Below, in pieces: positions 61,065 through 64,000 of a stretch of 64,000 nucleotides of DNA (its first letter is position 1; the number at the start of each line of letters is the position of its first letter). The notes under the pieces are model-generated. The model had not been told where the DNA came from. It did no database searches and saw only the letters and a program-made list of their open reading frames with translations. The position numbers and the translations under genes were made by a program. Where the stretch lies: positions 1,472,001 to 1,536,000 of the forward strand of contig AP038806.1 of the NCBI GenBank assembly GCA_047150005.1, written 5' to 3'. This stretch comes from Nitrospira sp. Lineage in GTDB: Bacteria; Nitrospirota; Nitrospiria; Nitrospirales; Nitrospiraceae.

Positions 61065-62183
61065 GTGAATCGTCATGGCTGGTTCGGATCATCGCTACTC
61101 CTTGTCCTGGTTGCGGCAACCGGGGTCGGGTTGGCCGGCTGGAAGTACGCGTCAATACAAGACCGTAACGAGGTTTCCGCGCGACAGCCCGAGCCGATGG
61201 AATCGGTGACGCTGGCCGTGGCGAGGGAGCTTGCACATCGTCAGTCTACGACGTCGATCGGAACGGTGTTGGCCCTGCGGTCGATCACCCTACGCAACGA
61301 GCTTCCCGGCACTGTTCAGGAAGTCCGGCTCGTTCCCGGTCAAGTGGTCGAGAAGGGGGTTGTGCTTGTCGCGCTCGATGTGTCCGTGGAAGAGGCGGAT
61401 TTGAAGGCGCAGCAGGCCCAGGCCGCTCTCGCGAAATCCGTGCTCGAGCGCCGGCAGCACTTGCGGCGGGATCTTGCGACTGCTCAGGAAGAAGTGGATC
61501 GGGCGCGCGCGGACCTCGATGTCGCATTGGCCCAGATCGCCCGTACCAAGGCTGTCATTGCCAGGAAGACGATCCGGGCGCCGTTTCGCGCGCGCGTGGG
61601 TTTGGCAGATGTCCATCCGGGCCAATACCTGAATGAAGGCAGCCGACTCACGACGCTCCAAGGCGTCGACGACGCGGTCCACGTGGACTTCACGGTCGTT
61701 CAGCAGGTCGCTTCGAGCCTGCGAGTGGGAGAACACGTCGAGGTCTTCGTCACGGCCGACGCATCTCCTATCGCCGCCACGATCGTCGCACTCGACGCGC
61801 GAATCGATCCTGAGACCAGAAATGAAATGGTGCGCGCGAAGATCGAGGGAGCTTCCCACGGGCCGGCGCCGGGAGCATCGGTGCGCGTGCGGGTTCCGGT
61901 CGGCTCTCCAAGCAAGGCCGTCGCCGTTCCGGTGAGTGCGCTGAGAAAGGGGCCGGGCGGCGATCAGGTGTTTGTGATCGCGCCGGACAAAGACGGAAAG
62001 CTCAGGGCTTCTGTGCGGCAGGTCGAGAGCGGAGCCATGGTGGGGGACGAGATCGTGGTGCGCAGTGGGCTGTCGGCCGGCGATCGAGTCGCCGCGTCCG
62101 GGTCCTTCAAGCTGCGTGACGGGGCCCTTGTCACGATCGCCGGAGATCACGAAGGTTCCAGCCCGCAAAATCAGGCCGGCTGA
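61065..62183 (+). CDS. RND efflux periplasmic adaptor (MFP) subunit
   Basis: N-terminal TM, GQVVEKG..LV.LD, IRAPF, GLSAGDRV. Confidence 0.92.
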   Translation: MNRHGWFGSSLLLVLVAATGVGLAGWKYASIQDRNEVSARQPEPMESVTLAVARELAHRQSTTSIGTVLALRSITLRNELPGTVQEVRLVPGQVVEKGVVLVALDVSVEEADLKAQQAQAALAKSVLERRQHLRRDLATAQEEVDRARADLDVALAQIARTKAVIARKTIRAPFRARVGLADVHPGQYLNEGSRLTTLQGVDDAVHVDFTVVQQVASSLRVGEHVEVFVTADASPIAATIVALDARIDPETRNEMVRAKIEGASHGPAPGASVRVRVPVGSPSKAVAVPVSALRKGPGGDQVFVIAPDKDGKLRASVRQVESGAMVGDEIVVRSGLSAGDRVAASGSFKLRDGALVTIAGDHEGSSPQNQAG

Positions 62184-62222
62184 GCAGAATACGAATACCA
62201 TGATGGACCAAGGATAACGCTC

Positions 62223-64000
62223 ATGCGCTCGTTCACCGACATCTTCATCAAACATCCGGTGCTGGCCGTCGTCGTCAACCTTGTGATCGTGCTGGCGGGC
62301 TGGCGGGCGCTGACGGCTCTGCCGGTGCAGCAGTACCCGAAAATCGAGAGCTCTTCGGTCGTCATCACGACGGTCTACTACGGCGCCGGCGCCGAAACGG
62401 TGCGCGGGTTTCTCAGTACCCCGATCGAACGGGTCGTCTCCGCGATCGGAGGCGTGGACTACGTCGAATCGACCAGCCGAGCCGGCGTCAGCACCGTCAC
62501 GGTCCATTTGAAATTGAATCACAGCAGCACGGCCGCCCTGGCCGAAGTCACGGCACGGCTTCAGCAGGTGCGATCCGAGCTGCCTCCGGAAGCCGAGCCG
62601 CCGGTGGTCGAAGTGCAACGCGCCGATCGGCCGTATGCGTCCTTTTATGTCAGTTTCACATCAACGGAGCGCGGCGTGCCGGCCGTCACCGATTGGCTGT
62701 CGCGCACGCTGCAGCCGCAACTGTCTACGCTGTCCGGCGTGCAGCGGGTGACGATCGAGGGAGGCCGCCAGATCGCCATGCGGGTCTGGATCGACCCGGA
62801 TCGCCTCGCCTCGTTCAATCTGTCGCCCGGTGATCTGCAAGGGGCGCTCCGGCGGAACAACTATCTGGCCGCGGTCGGCCGGACCAAGGGGAACCTCGTA
62901 CAGGTCAATCTGCTCGCGAACACCGACCTACGTTCGGCCGCCGAGTTCGAGGAACTGATCGTCGCCGATCGCGGCGGAGCCATCGTGCGCCTGAAGGACG
63001 TCGCGCGGGTCGAGCGGGATGCCGAAGAGGCCGAGATGGTCGCGAAGTACAACCGGGCCGAAGGCGTGTATCTCGGAGTCTGGCCCGTGCCGGGCGCGAA
63101 TGAGATCGATGTCGCGCACCGGCTGCGCGACGAAATGGAACGGATCCGCCCCACCCTGCCGAAAGACATCGACATGCGCCTCGTCTGGGACGGCACGATG
63201 TTCATGCGGAATGCGCTGACGGAGATCACCAAAACGCTCTCGGAGACGGTGTTGATCGTGGCGGTGGTGGTGTTTCTCTTCATGGGTTCCGTGCGGACGG
63301 CGCTCGTGCCGCTCGTGGCGATGCCGGTCTCGCTGGTCGGGGCGGCGATTTTCATGTTCGCGTTCGGCTTCAGCCTCAATCTCTTGACGTTGCTCGCCAT
63401 TGTGTTGTCGGTCGGACTGGTCGTGGACGACGCAATCGTCGTCGTTGAGAACGTGGAGCGTCATGTGCGTCTGGGCAAGTCGCGGATTGAAGCCGCGTTG
63501 GCCGGCGCCCGGGAGCTGATCGGCCCGATCATCGCCATGACGATTACCCTGGCGACGGTGTACACGCCGATCGGCTTCCAGGGCGGCTTGACCGGCTCGC
63601 TCTTCCTGGAGTTCGCGATCACCCTCGCCGTAGCGGTGGTGTTGTCGGGTATCGTGGCCGTCACGCTGTCGCCGGTCATGAGTTCCCGATTCGTGCACCC
63701 CCAGGGCGAGCAGGGCCGGCTGACCTCCTTGGTCAACGGCGGTTTCGAACTCGTGCGCCGCGCATACGCGAGACTGCTCGACGGCGCGTTTCGGATGCGC
63801 TGGGGGATCATCGCGGCATCGCTCCTGATCATGGCGGCGGCATGGCCGCTGTATCTGTTTTCCAGGCAAGAGCTGGCCCCCGTGGAGGATCAGAGCCATA
63901 TCAGTCTGTTCTTCGAAGCATCGCCGGATTCTACCGTGGCCGCCACCAACCGCGAGCATCTGCAGATCGTGCGGGCCATCACGGCTTTCCCCGAAACGGA
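62223..64000 (+). CDS. RND efflux permease (AcrB family), runs off the right edge
   Basis: Missing from the ORF track because it is incomplete; ATG 62223 MRSFTDIFIKHPVLAVVVNL...LPVQQYP...GLVVDDAIVVVEN...TLSPVM. Confidence 0.92.
   Translation, partial: MRSFTDIFIKHPVLAVVVNLVIVLAGWRALTALPVQQYPKIESSSVVITTVYYGAGAETVRGFLSTPIERVVSAIGGVDYVESTSRAGVSTVTVHLKLNHSSTAALAEVTARLQQVRSELPPEAEPPVVEVQRADRPYASFYVSFTSTERGVPAVTDWLSRTLQPQLSTLSGVQRVTIEGGRQIAMRVWIDPDRLASFNLSPGDLQGALRRNNYLAAVGRTKGNLVQVNLLANTDLRSAAEFEELIVADRGGAIVRLKDVARVERDAEEAEMVAKYNRAEGVYLGVWPVPGANEIDVAHRLRDEMERIRPTLPKDIDMRLVWDGTMFMRNALTEITKTLSETVLIVAVVVFLFMGSVRTALVPLVAMPVSLVGAAIFMFAFGFSLNLLTLLAIVLSVGLVVDDAIVVVENVERHVRLGKSRIEAALAGARELIGPIIAMTITLATVYTPIGFQGGLTGSLFLEFAITLAVAVVLSGIVAVTLSPVMSSRFVHPQGEQGRLTSLVNGGFELVRRAYARLLDGAFRMRWGIIAASLLIMAAAWPLYLFSRQELAPVEDQSHISLFFEASPDSTVAATNREHLQIVRAITAFPET

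Overview
GC-rich bacterial chromosome segment spanning the replication origin. It is most likely Nitrospira or a close relative, inferred from gene order, protein sequences and intergenic repeats. The left part (1-30.1 kb) is mostly core genome: a large uncharacterised membrane protein, selO, a divergent DUF2294/MpsC gene, an expanded DAB-type inorganic-carbon pump operon (two DabB/NuoL-like, one NuoM-like, DabA, PII/SbtB-like, small ORF), a low-GC SmaI-like restriction-modification cassette sitting in a broken vapBC-type locus, thyX, hisS, dsrEFH-like genes, oriC, dnaA-dnaN-gyrB-gyrA, dciA and smpB. The right part (30.1-64 kb) is accessory: USP/DUF488 genes, a decayed S24 repressor, a second R-M locus (intact MTase, deleted REase), a quinone/redox-stress operon, a Kef-type antiporter, pqqABCDE with a PQQ-dependent dehydrogenase, osmC, a urea transporter, beta-carbonic anhydrase, a tetraheme cytochrome, and a 3-GAF sigma54 activator with two target promoters (dedA-rhodanese and an RND pump). 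The most notable signals are a candidate attenuator RNA in the DAB leader, a VapC stub that translationally couples an antitoxin gene to a restriction enzyme, an MTase promoter whose spacer is a double GACGTC palindrome, and a sigma54 regulon readable from the DNA. No rRNA, tRNA or CRISPR array was seen. Family assignments come from motif recognition, not database searches.
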